A DNA stretch of 64,000 nucleotides from Gammaproteobacteria bacterium (GCA_011321815.1 DROS01000019.1:4118-68117), one strand, 5' to 3'; shown: positions 50,560 to 63,522, numbered from the stretch's first letter. Notes: generated from the sequence alone by a model not told the origin. Numbers and translations: made by a program.

Positions 50560-51714
50560 CTAACCCGCTGCTGCTTCACCGGTGCTATCGCGGTACATGC
50601 AAGCACCACTGCCATTACGTTTTGCGGTGTACATGGCAGCATCGGCACGGCCAATCAAGGTGTCAACATCGGTACCATGGTCTGGATAAAGCGTGATGCC
50701 AATGCTTGCACCAACGTTGATTTTTTCACCATTGCTATCCATGACAATGGGTTCCACGAAGGCAGACATTATTTTTTCCAGGACAATTTCGGGTGATTCC
50801 CGGGCAACGGTTGGCAGAACAAAGGCAAATTCATCGCCACCAAGCCGGGCGACGGTATCGCTGTCCCGCAAGGTTTTCTGGATGCGGTCTGCCACGGTTT
50901 TGAGCACATAATCCCCGGACAAATGGCCCCGTTGATCATTGATTTCCTTGAACCCGTTGAGATCCATCATTGCCACTGCAAACTGGGTTCTGTTGCGTGT
51001 GGCCAGTTTGATGGCCTGCTCCAGCCGGTCATGGAACAGGATGCGATTGGGTAAACCGGTGAGCGCGTCATGCAGAGCAGCATGTTTGAGCTGGTCATTG
51101 GTGTTGGCCAGCTCGGCATTCTTTGTTTCCAGCTCTGTTAATAATTCCTTCAGTTGCAGAGTGCGTTGCTGTACCTCTTTTTCCAGGTTTTTGACATAGT
51201 TTCTGGCCTGTTCGCCCAGGTTCCATTTTTTCACCAGGCTTAACGCCATTTGTTGCACGGCGATGGCATCGAACGGTTTGCGCAGGAACAGCAGCTTGTC
51301 GCTGCTGCCCAGTTTTTCGACGATGTCATCCCAGGTGTAATCAGAATAAGCGGTGCATAACACCATTTCGATATAAGGGTGCTTGAGCCAGATGCGGCTA
51401 ATGGTTTCGATGCCATCCCAACCGGGTGGCATGCGCACATCCATAAAAATCAGTGCATAGGGCTGTCCCTCCTGTGCAGCTTTGTCCACCATGGCCAGGG
51501 CCTCCTGGCCTTGTAATGCAGAATCAACTTTATATTTGAGAATGTCGTCCAGGGTTTCGTTTTTGGGTGAATCCTCGGCATCGCCAAATAATTCGGCTTC
51601 CAGGTCATCCAGTGCGGCGTGGTCTTCATTTTCTTCATGGACCAAAACCTTACGAAAGTCCTCATGGATGGATTCATTGTCGTCAACAATCAAAATGCGT
51701 GTGTTGTGTTCCAT
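50560..51714 (-). CDS. Response regulator with a REC domain, a coiled coil and a GGDEF diguanylate cyclase domain.
   Basis: The N-terminal REC reads ILIVDDNE...FMDVRMP. A RLGGDEFAF motif is present. Confidence 0.85.
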   Translation of the reverse strand: MEHNTRILIVDDNESIHEDFRKVLVHEENEDHAALDDLEAELFGDAEDSPKNETLDDILKYKVDSALQGQEALAMVDKAAQEGQPYALIFMDVRMPPGWDGIETISRIWLKHPYIEMVLCTAYSDYTWDDIVEKLGSSDKLLFLRKPFDAIAVQQMALSLVKKWNLGEQARNYVKNLEKEVQQRTLQLKELLTELETKNAELANTNDQLKHAALHDALTGLPNRILFHDRLEQAIKLATRNRTQFAVAMMDLNGFKEINDQRGHLSGDYVLKTVADRIQKTLRDSDTVARLGGDEFAFVLPTVARESPEIVLEKIMSAFVEPIVMDSNGEKINVGASIGITLYPDHGTDVDTLIGRADAAMYTAKRNGSGACMYRDSTGEAAAG

Positions 51715-51741
51715 TATGACCTCTTGGAAATGCCTTTGTGT

Positions 51742-54249
51742 TTAAGCGGCTTTGTTTATAGGTAAGGTAACGGTAAAACAGGCGCCTTTCTGAATACCTT
51801 CGCTGTCAACTTTTAGCGCCCCTTTCATTTCGGTCATGGCATTGGCGCAGGTATGCAGGCCAAAGCCGTGCCCGGTTTCCTTTGTGGTAAAGCCATGATT
51901 AAATATTTTTGTGAGCTGTTCTTCGTTTATTCCACAACCATTGTCTTTTATTTTCAGGTAAACGGCAGTGTCGTTGGCCATGCCGGTTTCAATTTTCAGC
52001 TCTTTGGGACGATTGAACTGGTCATTGTCGCTCATGGCTTCTTTGGCATTTTTGATCAGGTTGGTGATGACTTGCAGCAGCTTGGATTTTTGTCCGATAC
52101 ATGTCGGGGTGTTGGCAAATTGTGTATCCAGTTTGACCCCCCATTTTTTGAGTGAGGCATTCTGGATTTTCAAGGCATCTTCCACCAGTTCCGGCAGGTT
52201 GAGTTTTTCGTTGTGGAAACCGGATTTGGCATAGGTTTGCTGAGTGCTGATGACTTCTTTCATCATCGTGGTTTTGGCAATCAGTTCTTTGGATTCTTTT
52301 TGGATGCTGTTGATTTCAGCACTCAGCACCTTGCCCATTTTGATGAAATATTCGGGCAGTTTTTTACCGCGCGCATCCTGGGTGAGAAAATTTTCCATGT
52401 CATCATGGTTTTCCAACAGCATGTCACTGGCCTTTAACAGACCGGTGACCTTGCTGTTGCCCGAGATACGATGAATTTCTTCACCGGCCAGATTGACGCT
52501 GTTGAGAATATTGCCAATGTTGTGCAACACGCCAGTGGCCATGTCGGCCATACCGGATTTGTGTGCGGCGTCCACCAGCTGGTTTTGAACATCAGCGAGT
52601 TTCGTTTCGGTCTGCTTGCGGGAGGTGATGTCACGCACAATGCAGACAAGCAAGTGTTTGGAGCCCAGGTTCATACGGGATACCACAAACTCCATGGGAA
52701 ACGTGGAACCATCGGAACGCACCCCACGATATTCTTTGGGCTGATGGTTATTGCCTGTTTTGGTCCGGCCAGCCGATTGTACTTCTATGCCGATAAACCC
52801 GGGGGCGTCTTCCGAATCGTGTTCGTCGATGAGCAGGACGCTGTTGATGCCAATGGAATCTTTTTCTTTCATGGCAAAAATATGTTCTGCCGCCGGGTTC
52901 ATGGATTCTATCCGGCCATCTTCGTTGAGTACCAGAATACCTTCGCCAATGTTATCGAGAATGGCGCGGATTTTGGTTTCGCTTTGTTCGAGGTCTCTGG
53001 TGCGGTCCTGAACGCGGGTTTCCAATTCATCCAGCATCTTTTGTTCGTTCATCGCAGCTTCGCGCAGATGATCCACCATGATGTTGAACGAGGCACCCAG
53101 CTGCCCGATTTCGTCCTTACTGGTTATCATTACCTCGGCGTTGAGATCACCTTCGGCCACCCGGCCCGCCGCGCTCATCAGGCGCCGGATCGGTGGCACT
53201 ATGCTGCGGGTGAAGTTGATCGCCAGCAGTGTGCCGGTGAGTAGCGTGAGAGTCATGAGAATAATGGCCGAGATGCGAATTTGGTACAGCGCGCCGGTTA
53301 ATTCCTCGGCATTGTCGAATGCGGCATCAAGCAGTCTGTCCGCAGTACCCTCGAAAATGGTTTGCAATTGATCTGTGACGGGTTGTACTTGGGTGCGCAG
53401 CATGTGAGTGTCAGCCCGCCAGGCGCCAGTTTCAAATATTTCCAATACTGCCGGAAGCCTTGCAAGATAAATGGCACGTGCTTCATTCATCTCTTCTATT
53501 TCCCCGAAACCGATGTTGACCTCCAGCTGGTTCAGTTTTTCCATCAGGGTGTTGATGTGTTCGTTGAAATTATTAAAGTTAATCAGGACTTCCTTGTTCT
53601 GGGTCGTAATGTAGAGATTGAATACTCCCATCATCCTCACCCAGTTGTAACGCAGCTCTTGCAGAATGAGCAAAGCCTGGGCAGTCTGAGGATCATTGGG
53701 ATTGATGTCGTCGCTGGTCAGCAGAATATTAATGTCGCCCAGAAAACGGATAGCCTGTGGGTTCAGTGTTTCCCCCGCCAGCAGTAGGCCACGGTTGTTT
53801 TGGTGATTGTCATACAGCGTGAACAGTTCTTTTGCATGCGCACGAAATTGCTGAAGCAGACCCTGGGAGGTTTCCAGTGTACTGTCGAGTCCCAGGGTCT
53901 GGAAAATATCATGCTGACGGGCGCCATCCAGGTGGTCGGCGATATTATCGGTAATCCGTTTGAATTCTGCCTTGCGCTCCGGTTCGCCTGTTAACAGGTA
54001 ACCGTTTAACAAGGCAATGGCTTGATTAAGGTTTTGTGACAGGCGCTGAAAATAATTGGCAGCGGGTTGGCGTTTTTCGAGCGCGGATGCTGCGGTGTAT
54101 TTGACGCTGTCGAGTTTAAACAGGGTAATGCCCATACCTACCGCCATGATCAGGATCAAACCACTGAAGCCGATGCCAATTTTCAGGCGGAGACTCCAAT
54201 TACGGGGGTGCGCGCCGGCAGTAGTGGATGATGTGTCTGGAGGGCTCAT
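51742..54249 (-). CDS. Membrane sensor histidine kinase with a ~290-aa periplasmic domain, followed by HAMP, PAS and kinase core. It has no receiver domain and is co-operonic with the REC-GGDEF gene.
   Basis: It has two TM segments. The HAMP region reads EGDLNAEV...IGQLG. A PAS domain is present. The H-box is ATGVLHNIGNILNSV. The C-terminus is a GHGFGL HATPase. Confidence 0.85.
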   Translation of the reverse strand: MSPPDTSSTTAGAHPRNWSLRLKIGIGFSGLILIMAVGMGITLFKLDSVKYTAASALEKRQPAANYFQRLSQNLNQAIALLNGYLLTGEPERKAEFKRITDNIADHLDGARQHDIFQTLGLDSTLETSQGLLQQFRAHAKELFTLYDNHQNNRGLLLAGETLNPQAIRFLGDINILLTSDDINPNDPQTAQALLILQELRYNWVRMMGVFNLYITTQNKEVLINFNNFNEHINTLMEKLNQLEVNIGFGEIEEMNEARAIYLARLPAVLEIFETGAWRADTHMLRTQVQPVTDQLQTIFEGTADRLLDAAFDNAEELTGALYQIRISAIILMTLTLLTGTLLAINFTRSIVPPIRRLMSAAGRVAEGDLNAEVMITSKDEIGQLGASFNIMVDHLREAAMNEQKMLDELETRVQDRTRDLEQSETKIRAILDNIGEGILVLNEDGRIESMNPAAEHIFAMKEKDSIGINSVLLIDEHDSEDAPGFIGIEVQSAGRTKTGNNHQPKEYRGVRSDGSTFPMEFVVSRMNLGSKHLLVCIVRDITSRKQTETKLADVQNQLVDAAHKSGMADMATGVLHNIGNILNSVNLAGEEIHRISGNSKVTGLLKASDMLLENHDDMENFLTQDARGKKLPEYFIKMGKVLSAEINSIQKESKELIAKTTMMKEVISTQQTYAKSGFHNEKLNLPELVEDALKIQNASLKKWGVKLDTQFANTPTCIGQKSKLLQVITNLIKNAKEAMSDNDQFNRPKELKIETGMANDTAVYLKIKDNGCGINEEQLTKIFNHGFTTKETGHGFGLHTCANAMTEMKGALKVDSEGIQKGACFTVTLPINKAA

Positions 54250-54373
54250 GTGTTTGTGCTAATGGGGGGTTGCATCCGGGCCTGTTGAATCTAACTACTT
54301 CAATCTTATGTTGATATCGGCAACCCTCGGATGGTCTTTAGTGATCCCGGGTGGTAAAAAATATCACCTGTGA

Positions 54374-56350
<1,977 letters not shown>

Positions 56351-56372
56351 TAGCCTCAGATCGAACGGTTAT

Positions 56373-56401
56373 GTAGGTTGGGGTGAGGAACGAACCCCAA
56401 C
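56373..56401. repeat. REP-type palindromic unit, the left flank of the RAYT gene: GTAGGTTGGGGTGAGGAACGAACCCCAAC.
   Basis: It forms an inverted pair, with one mismatch, with 56983-57011. Confidence 0.65.
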
Positions 56402-56441
56402 AAGGCAATGTTCCGCATAACCCATCAGAGAGGATAAAGAA

Positions 56442-56975
56442 TTGCAATATCGACGGACTGATATCGCGGGTGGAACCTATTTTTTCACCGTAAATTTGGC
56501 AGAACGGAAACGCACATTATTGATCGATCAGGTAAACGTATTACGTAAGGCGATTAAGAAGGTCAAACAAAAACATCCATTTGTCATTGATGCCATGGTT
56601 GTGCTTCCTGATCATTTACATATGTTATGGACTTTGCCGCAGGGGGATCATGATTACCCGACACGCTTAATGTTGATTAAGGCAGGTTTTTCTCGATTGA
56701 TTGAAAAGGGCGAGTATCGTAATGCCAGTCGGCAGGCAAAAGGCGAGCGAGGAATTTGGCAACGACGATATTGGGAGCACCTGATTCGGGATGAGCGGGA
56801 TTACGCCAATCATGTGGATTACATTCATTATAATCCGGTGAAGCATGGGCATGTGGAACAGGCGTCAACCTGGCAGTATTCGAGTATTCATCGTTACATC
56901 CGGGCTGGGTTGATAGAGCGAGATTGGGGTGGAGGCAAGGGTGTGCCCGAAAGTGGCGGATTTGGTGAGCGATGA
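56442..56975 (+). mobile_element. REP-associated tyrosine transposase (RAYT; IS200/IS605 TnpA-like).
   Basis: The HUH motif is PDHLHML, the catalytic Tyr region is YIHYNPVKHG, and the protein is ~177 aa. It is flanked by inverted REP sequences and inserted between parE and parC. Confidence 0.8.
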
Positions 56976-56982
56976 TGAATCT

Positions 56983-57011
56983 GTTGGGGTTCGTACCTCA
57001 CCCCAACCTAC
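56983..57011. repeat. REP-type palindromic unit, the right flank of the RAYT gene: GTTGGGGTTCGTACCTCACCCCAACCTAC.
   Basis: It is the reverse complement of the left-flank REP unit. Confidence 0.65.
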
Positions 57012-57294
57012 GGGCTGGATAACGCTTATTGTGCCGATGTAATGCTTATTGTTGAGCAGAGTGATTTTGAGGTGGGAAATCCCGTTTCAAAAACCGGATG
57101 CAAAGGAAGTGTTTTGCCAAAGCCAAGTATTTATTTTCACAAAAGTAATAAGAAAGAATTGTCGAGAAAGGAAGAAATTGAGCTTCTTGAATATAATATA
57201 AATCGTATGAGAGATTCATATAATTTCAAATACAACAAACCAGCAAAAGAAGAACAATAGTGTGCAGCTGCATGCTCAAACAAAAGACCAAACA

Positions 57295-59568
57295 ATGACA
57301 GAAACAACCGAACTAAACTATGAAGGCGTAGAACAACAACCTCTCAGTGCCTTCACTGAGAACGCCTATCTCAATTACTCCATGTACGTGATTATGGACC
57401 GCGCCCTGCCGCATATTGGCGATGGCCTGAAACCTGTGCAACGGCGCATCGTTTACGCCATGTCTGAGCTGGGTTTGAAGGCGGGTGCGAAGTACAAAAA
57501 ATCTGCGCGTACTGTGGGTGACGTATTGGGTAAGTTCCATCCTCACGGTGACTCGGCTTGTTACGAGGCCATGGTGTTGATGGCGCAGCCGTTTTCTTAT
57601 CGGTATCCGCTGGTGGATGGGCAGGGCAACTGGGGTGCGCCGGATGACCCCAAATCGTTCGCAGCAATGCGTTACACGGAGTCGCGGCTGGCGAAGTATT
57701 CGGCGTTGTTGCTCAGCGAGGTGGGGCTGGGTACGGTGGATTGGGTGCCGAATTTCGATGCGACCTTGGAAGAGCCGTCGGTATTACCGGCGCGGGTACC
57801 GAATCTGTTGCTGAATGGTACCACCGGTATTGCCGTGGGCATGGCGACGGATATCCCGCCACACAATCTGCGTGAGGTGGTGAATGCCTGTGTGCATCTG
57901 CTGGATGCCCCCAAGGCCACGGTGGCGGAATTGTGTGAGCATGTGCAGGGGCCGGATTATCCCACCGATGCAGAGATCATCACCCCGCGCAATGAACTGA
58001 TTGCCATGTACGAGAAGGGCGGTGGCTCGGTGCGTATGCGTGCGGTGTGGGAGAAGGAGGATGGTGCAGTGGTGGTGACGGCGCTGCCACATCAGGTTTC
58101 CGGCAATAAAGTACTGGAACAGATCGCGGCGCAGATGAATGCAAAGAAGTTGCCTATGGTGGAGGATTTACGGGATGAATCCGATCATGAAAATCCCACG
58201 CGTTTGGTGATTGTGCCGCGTTCCAATCGCATTGATCTTAATGAGCTGATGGCGCATTTGTTTGCGACCACGGATCTTGAGCGCACCTACCGCGTTAACA
58301 TGAACATCATCGGCCTTGATGGCAGGCCGCAGGTGAAGGACCTGCGTACCTTGCTCAAGGAGTGGCTGGTATTTCGTACCGATACAGTACGCCGTCGGCT
58401 GGAATATCGTCTGGAAAAAGTGAAACGCCGTTTGCATCTGTTGGATGGCTTGCTGATCGCGTTTCTCAATCTTGATGAAGTGATTCGCATTGTCCGCACC
58501 GAGGATGAACCCAAGGCGGTATTGATAAAGCGTTTCAAACTCACTGACGAGCAAGCCGAGTATATTCTTGATACCAAACTGCGTCAGTTGGCACGTCTGG
58601 AAGAAATGAAAATCCGTGCCGAGCAGGAGGAATTGGCGGCGGAGCGTGACAAACTGGAAAAAACACTGGGCTCGAAAGCACGTTTGAAAACATTGGTGCG
58701 CAAGGAGTTGATTGCCGATGCAGAAGAATATGGCGATGAGCGGCGTTCTCCCATTGTTGAACGTGGTGCGGCGCAGGCGCTGGATGAAACGGCACTGATC
58801 AGTGCTGAGCCGATCACTATTGTATTGTCCGAGAAGGGCTGGATTCGGGCGGCCAAAGGCCATGAAGTGGATGCCAGCGGTCTTAATTACAAGGCTGGTG
58901 ATGGTTTTAAAGCGGCGGCTTATGGACGCAGTAACCAGCAGGCGGTGTTTTTGGATGCCAGCGGGCGTTCGTACTCCATTGCTGCGCATACTTTGCCTTC
59001 GGCACGCGGACAGGGTGAGCCGCTTACCGGTCGTGTGACGCCGCCGGATGCGGCCGGTTTTGTTGATGTACTTGCAGGCAAGGGCAGTGATCTGTATTTG
59101 CTGGCCAGTGATGCGGGGTATGGTTTTGTCACCCGACTGGAAAATATGTACGCCAAAAATAAATCAGGCAAGGCGTTGTTGAAACTGCCCAAGGGTGCGC
59201 AGGTATTGCGGGCCTGTGCAGTCAACGATGTGGCCAGTGATCGTATTGTGGCGGTAACTACCGAGGGACGTATGTTAATCGTTGCTCTGCGAGAGTTGCC
59301 GGAAATGGCCAAAGGAAAAGGCAATAAGATTATAGGCATTCCTCCTGCGCGGGTTGCGAGCCGTGAAGAATATGTGGTGGGGGTGGCGGTTATTTCTGTG
59401 GGTGATAGTTTGACAATTTATTCCGGTAAACGTCATTTGACACTTAAACCCAAGGACATCGAACACTACGAGGGTGAGCGTGGCCGCCGTGGTTCCAAGT
59501 TGCCACGTGGTTTCCAGCGGGTGGACAACATTTCTGCCAGTCGTTCAGCAAATACTGGAAGTGGGTGA
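57295..59568 (+). CDS. parC: DNA topoisomerase IV subunit A.
   Basis: The N-terminus ...[20 protein letters not shown] has the active Tyr region. It is ~757 aa from the ATG at 57295. Confidence 0.9.
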   Translation: MTETTELNYEGVEQQPLSAFTENAYLNYSMYVIMDRALPHIGDGLKPVQRRIVYAMSELGLKAGAKYKKSARTVGDVLGKFHPHGDSACYEAMVLMAQPFSYRYPLVDGQGNWGAPDDPKSFAAMRYTESRLAKYSALLLSEVGLGTVDWVPNFDATLEEPSVLPARVPNLLLNGTTGIAVGMATDIPPHNLREVVNACVHLLDAPKATVAELCEHVQGPDYPTDAEIITPRNELIAMYEKGGGSVRMRAVWEKEDGAVVVTALPHQVSGNKVLEQIAAQMNAKKLPMVEDLRDESDHENPTRLVIVPRSNRIDLNELMAHLFATTDLERTYRVNMNIIGLDGRPQVKDLRTLLKEWLVFRTDTVRRRLEYRLEKVKRRLHLLDGLLIAFLNLDEVIRIVRTEDEPKAVLIKRFKLTDEQAEYILDTKLRQLARLEEMKIRAEQEELAAERDKLEKTLGSKARLKTLVRKELIADAEEYGDERRSPIVERGAAQALDETALISAEPITIVLSEKGWIRAAKGHEVDASGLNYKAGDGFKAAAYGRSNQQAVFLDASGRSYSIAAHTLPSARGQGEPLTGRVTPPDAAGFVDVLAGKGSDLYLLASDAGYGFVTRLENMYAKNKSGKALLKLPKGAQVLRACAVNDVASDRIVAVTTEGRMLIVALRELPEMAKGKGNKIIGIPPARVASREEYVVGVAVISVGDSLTIYSGKRHLTLKPKDIEHYEGERGRRGSKLPRGFQRVDNISASRSANTGSG

Positions 59569-59581
59569 TTGAAAAACAGTT

Positions 59582-61447
59582 ATGACAATTGATTTACTGC
59601 GATGGTGGGACCGCTTGCCTTATGTGGGTGCAAAGGGCGAAGTGGTAGCGCCGCGTGTTATTCCATTAAAACTGGATGTGCCGGTGATGCGTGTGCGCCA
59701 TCGGCATACGCAGGAGAAACTACAGCCACCGCCGGACAGCTGGAAAGAGCTGAACAAGTATCCCACAGAATTGTTGCGCGAAATTGATCGTTATTTACAG
59801 CGCGTCAATACAGAGAAAATGCGTAACAGTAAGCGTATGGCCTGGATCGGCCATGCTTTACAGTATGCCTGCCCGGCCATGCGAAAAATCTATTCCGAAC
59901 ATTACAAGTCCGAGGCGTTGCCGGAATCACATGACCGGCGCGAAGGGCTGGTGGCTGCTGCTAATGTGTGCAGCCAGTTGGCTGTGGGTTATAAACGCCA
60001 ACTGAATGAGGATTTTGCTTTACCCGATATCCGCTATGCCCGGGTGCGCCCCCGGGTGCGCCATTATGCCTTGCGCGTTTTGGAGTTATTGCGCATGGAA
60101 CAGCGTTTGCGTGCCATGCGCTATCAAAATTTATCGGAAAAAAACTGGCAGGACTGCAATCAGGTATTTTTTGCGCTTTCTCAGTGTGAGGATGTTGACG
60201 AACAACAGTTATCGCTAAACTGTTTGCAGGTGTTGCTGGATAGTTCCGCCAATGAGGGGGTGCGCCGGGCTCCGGCGATGACGTCATTAAGCCAGGTTTA
60301 CCTTTATATTCAGTTTAATGGTTTGTTTAACATCAATGCTTTGTTATGCCAGAAGTTGCATGTGGTGGATGCGCAAATTGCGAGTATCATCGACTCGATT
60401 ACTGTGATTCCGGATCATGGAAAAGAGTTGGGGCACGGAAAATTACTGGTTTATCATGGGCAGGATTGTCCGCCGTATTTTAAGCGCCAGGATGAGGTGC
60501 AACGGAAAAAACAGCTGGCATGGTTAGCTGCGCGTGGCGAATTCTCCGCGGGCGAGGCACTTTCATCAGAATATAAACTGAGAGCTTTCATCATTGATGT
60601 TGCGCCGTTGGATGCGATGTTGATGAAAGAGCACCAGAAATTTCTGGTACGGTTTGAGTCGCAGGATTTCATTGAGGATGTAAAAGCAAAAGGGGCAAAA
60701 AATAAATACAATACCGTTGCCGATCAGGATGATTTGGCCAATTTGTTGACCATTGACGCCATGTGTGATGGTTTGCAACTGAAGCAGCGCAAAGAAGAAA
60801 GAGAATATATTCTTGGCCAGAAAGTATTGTATGTGTACAACGGATTTATGTCGGTTTACAAATTGCTGGTGGATATGGCCACAGAAAAAGAGAATGAGAA
60901 TCCTGATCTGGCAATTGATAATGATTTGCGTGATGCTTTGGCCGGGCGTTCGGCATTGATCGCTGCTGATTTGCAGGATAATGAATTTGGTCAGTGGTTT
61001 GTGGTCGACAGAAGTGAAGGTGGGGTTCACATTAAAACACGCGAGAGTGAATTTACTACGGCTTTGTTTATTGGCCAGTTGGTGGCGTTTGCCTATTCGC
61101 GCGAAGGGCTTGCCAAACCGACGCTGGGTTATGTGGTGCGTCTGCGCCGGAATGTTCGTAAAGAAATTGAAGTGACTGTTCGCATTTTGTCGAAAGCAGC
61201 CGTGGCCACGGCCGTGCAAAGTGAGTTTTTGATTAAAAATGACATGGCCTTACCTGCCATTGTGCTCGAAGGTGATGCTACAGTCGGGCGGCGCTTGATG
61301 TTACACCACAGTCACCGCCTGTCATCGGGCACCTTGGTAAAGACTGAACTGGATCAGCAGAAAACAGAAATTGTTTCCGGGATGCTGAAAATTCAGCGAG
61401 AGTTTGTCATTTATTCGCTGGAGCCCCCAGATGGTGTGTCTGTTTAA
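59582..61447 (+). CDS. Hypothetical protein of 621 aa with unknown function.
   Basis: I recognise no motifs. It is tightly linked to parC, with a 13-nt gap, and convergent with an EAL-domain gene. Confidence 0.55.
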   Translation: MTIDLLRWWDRLPYVGAKGEVVAPRVIPLKLDVPVMRVRHRHTQEKLQPPPDSWKELNKYPTELLREIDRYLQRVNTEKMRNSKRMAWIGHALQYACPAMRKIYSEHYKSEALPESHDRREGLVAAANVCSQLAVGYKRQLNEDFALPDIRYARVRPRVRHYALRVLELLRMEQRLRAMRYQNLSEKNWQDCNQVFFALSQCEDVDEQQLSLNCLQVLLDSSANEGVRRAPAMTSLSQVYLYIQFNGLFNINALLCQKLHVVDAQIASIIDSITVIPDHGKELGHGKLLVYHGQDCPPYFKRQDEVQRKKQLAWLAARGEFSAGEALSSEYKLRAFIIDVAPLDAMLMKEHQKFLVRFESQDFIEDVKAKGAKNKYNTVADQDDLANLLTIDAMCDGLQLKQRKEEREYILGQKVLYVYNGFMSVYKLLVDMATEKENENPDLAIDNDLRDALAGRSALIAADLQDNEFGQWFVVDRSEGGVHIKTRESEFTTALFIGQLVAFAYSREGLAKPTLGYVVRLRRNVRKEIEVTVRILSKAAVATAVQSEFLIKNDMALPAIVLEGDATVGRRLMLHHSHRLSSGTLVKTELDQQKTEIVSGMLKIQREFVIYSLEPPDGVSV

Positions 61448-63522
61448 TCATTGCTGGAAAAATCATAATTCAGCGATGTTTCCGGTTGTTGTAAATAAAA
61501 CCCCTGGATAAAGTTTACGCCATGCTGCCATAACACCGCCAGACAGGCAGGGTCCTGCACATGCTCGGCAATGGTCAGTATATTGTTGGCACGTCCGGCT
61601 TCGGCAACCTGCTGAATGATTTTCTGACTTTCTTCACTGGCTGCATTGTTGATGTGGCCACCATCAATTTTCAGGTATTTCAGCCTCAGGTGTTTCAGGT
61701 AGGCAAGATCATCTGATTCTTTGCCGGCATGGTCCAGCGCCATGTTGCAATGTAGCTGCCGGAGTCCATCAGAGAAGGTTTTCGCGGCCTTGATATTTTC
61801 CATGGCAGTTTGTTCGCTGATTTCAAATACCAGACTGTCGCCGTGTAAACGTGCGGCTTGCAATAATTTGCTGATCCACACCAGCAGGCTGGGGTCGCGC
61901 AATGAATCGGCAGATATTTTGATGAAGAACTGAATCTCTTTGCCGATTTTACGTTTGTCCAAAATGGCTTTGGCGGCATTTTTGATCACCCATTTATCAA
62001 TTTCTTTCATGAGCCCTTCCTGCTCGGCGGCTTTAAGAAAGTCGCCGGGCATAATGATGGAGTTATCCTGATCTTTTAAGCGCAGCAAAACTTCATAGCG
62101 TTCGCCGGGTTCGGCATGCAGACTGACAATGGGCTGATATTGCAGCATGAAACGATTGTTTTTAAGAGCGAGTTCCAGCAGCGTGATAATACGTTTGTCG
62201 GCTTCCAGGCTGGCCAGGGCGTCTTCTTCGGAAAATATATGTACCTGATCGCCACCTTTTTCTTTGGCGGCATTGCAAGCTATTTCTGTTTGGGTAATGG
62301 CTTTTTTTGCATCACTTGTGGTTTCGGTAATGGTTGAGAGGCCAATGCTGAAGGTCGTGGTGACAGCCTTTTCCTCTACCTCAAATATTTTTTCAGACAG
62401 CCCTTCGCATAATTTTTTTGCCAGACTTTCAGCCTGTTTTTGTCGTTGGCCGGAAAGAATGACGGAAAAAATGGTGCCGGCATAACGGGCAATGTGAATA
62501 TTGTCTTCGGGGAGAATCTCCTGAATATATTGGGCAATGTCAGACAATACCAGGTCACTTTCAGCGATGCCAAGCGTGTCTTTGATGTTTTTGAAGTTGT
62601 CAGGCTCGATGTACAGCAGCGCAAATTTTTCTTCGCTTTTGCTGGCGCTGTTAATGGCATCCTGTACCTGCTCCATGAAATATTGGCTGTTGTACAGCCC
62701 GGTCAGCAAATCCTGTTGGCGCAGTTGCTCTATTTCCTTCTCCAACTCTTTGTTATCACTCTTGCGGTGAATCATCACCTGGGTGCAGGCTTCACCATCA
62801 ATGCTTGCGCGTGAAAACTCCATGGTGGCGGCAAATACTTCACCATCTTCACGCACGGCCTGATATTCGAGTGCGCCTTCCGGTGGCTGATTGTTGTTGA
62901 TGCCGCGCAATACGTCTTTGAAGCTTTGTTGTTCGTCCGGGGTGATGAGATCCATGATGGGTATGCTTCTCAGGTCTTCTATATCCTCATAACCAAAAAT
63001 ATCCTGATAGCTTTGGTTGGCATAGATGTGCATGCCTTCATGAATGTAAGCGATGGGGTCACGAGAGCTGTCAATCAACACACGGTTACGCTTCTCGCTT
63101 TCGTTATAGAGACTTTTGCAGCGGCGATGTTCACGACGCTCGCGGAGATTACTTATCTCCCTTTCTATGATCAGCAGTAAATGTTCCTGCCCGCCATTGG
63201 AAACAACATTGGCGGCGCCGGCCTTCAGCAGTTCAATGGTGGTGGCAGTGTCAAGTTCTCGGCCAAAAACAATGCCGGGAATATCATTGCCGCTTTTTTT
63301 GACGATGGAAAGCGCTTGCATGACAGGGGCCGTGTCGGCCTGCTGGGCGGCGAGCAGCAGATCCCAGGGTTGGCCTTCCAGTGCTTCTTGCAGGTCTTCG
63401 GTATCTTCGATGTGTTTGTAACGAATGGCGTAACCCGCATTTCTTAATGCACTGGCCAGCGCTTCTGCCTCGTTGGCAGACTCTTCCAGAATGAGAGGGC
63501 GGATGACATTTCCATTATCCAA
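61444..63522 (-). CDS. Signal-transduction protein with a degenerate REC, a PAS domain, a GGDEF domain with a degenerate signature (RYAGTIF) and an EAL c-di-GMP phosphodiesterase domain.
   Basis: The EAL motif is ...YEVLLRL. An inactive GGDEF signature is present. The TTG start at 63522 follows AGGAG. Confidence 0.8.
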   Translation of the reverse strand: MDNGNVIRPLILEESANEAEALASALRNAGYAIRYKHIEDTEDLQEALEGQPWDLLLAAQQADTAPVMQALSIVKKSGNDIPGIVFGRELDTATTIELLKAGAANVVSNGGQEHLLLIIEREISNLRERREHRRCKSLYNESEKRNRVLIDSSRDPIAYIHEGMHIYANQSYQDIFGYEDIEDLRSIPIMDLITPDEQQSFKDVLRGINNNQPPEGALEYQAVREDGEVFAATMEFSRASIDGEACTQVMIHRKSDNKELEKEIEQLRQQDLLTGLYNSQYFMEQVQDAINSASKSEEKFALLYIEPDNFKNIKDTLGIAESDLVLSDIAQYIQEILPEDNIHIARYAGTIFSVILSGQRQKQAESLAKKLCEGLSEKIFEVEEKAVTTTFSIGLSTITETTSDAKKAITQTEIACNAAKEKGGDQVHIFSEEDALASLEADKRIITLLELALKNNRFMLQYQPIVSLHAEPGERYEVLLRLKDQDNSIIMPGDFLKAAEQEGLMKEIDKWVIKNAAKAILDKRKIGKEIQFFIKISADSLRDPSLLVWISKLLQAARLHGDSLVFEISEQTAMENIKAAKTFSDGLRQLHCNMALDHAGKESDDLAYLKHLRLKYLKIDGGHINNAASEESQKIIQQVAEAGRANNILTIAEHVQDPACLAVLWQHGVNFIQGFYLQQPETSLNYDFSSND

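Noticed and set aside
57042-57260. A 72-aa ORF in the AT-rich stretch between the RAYT gene and parC.
   Set aside because: It is Lys/Asn-rich with low complexity and has no RBS. It is more likely a decayed remnant of the insertion than a gene.
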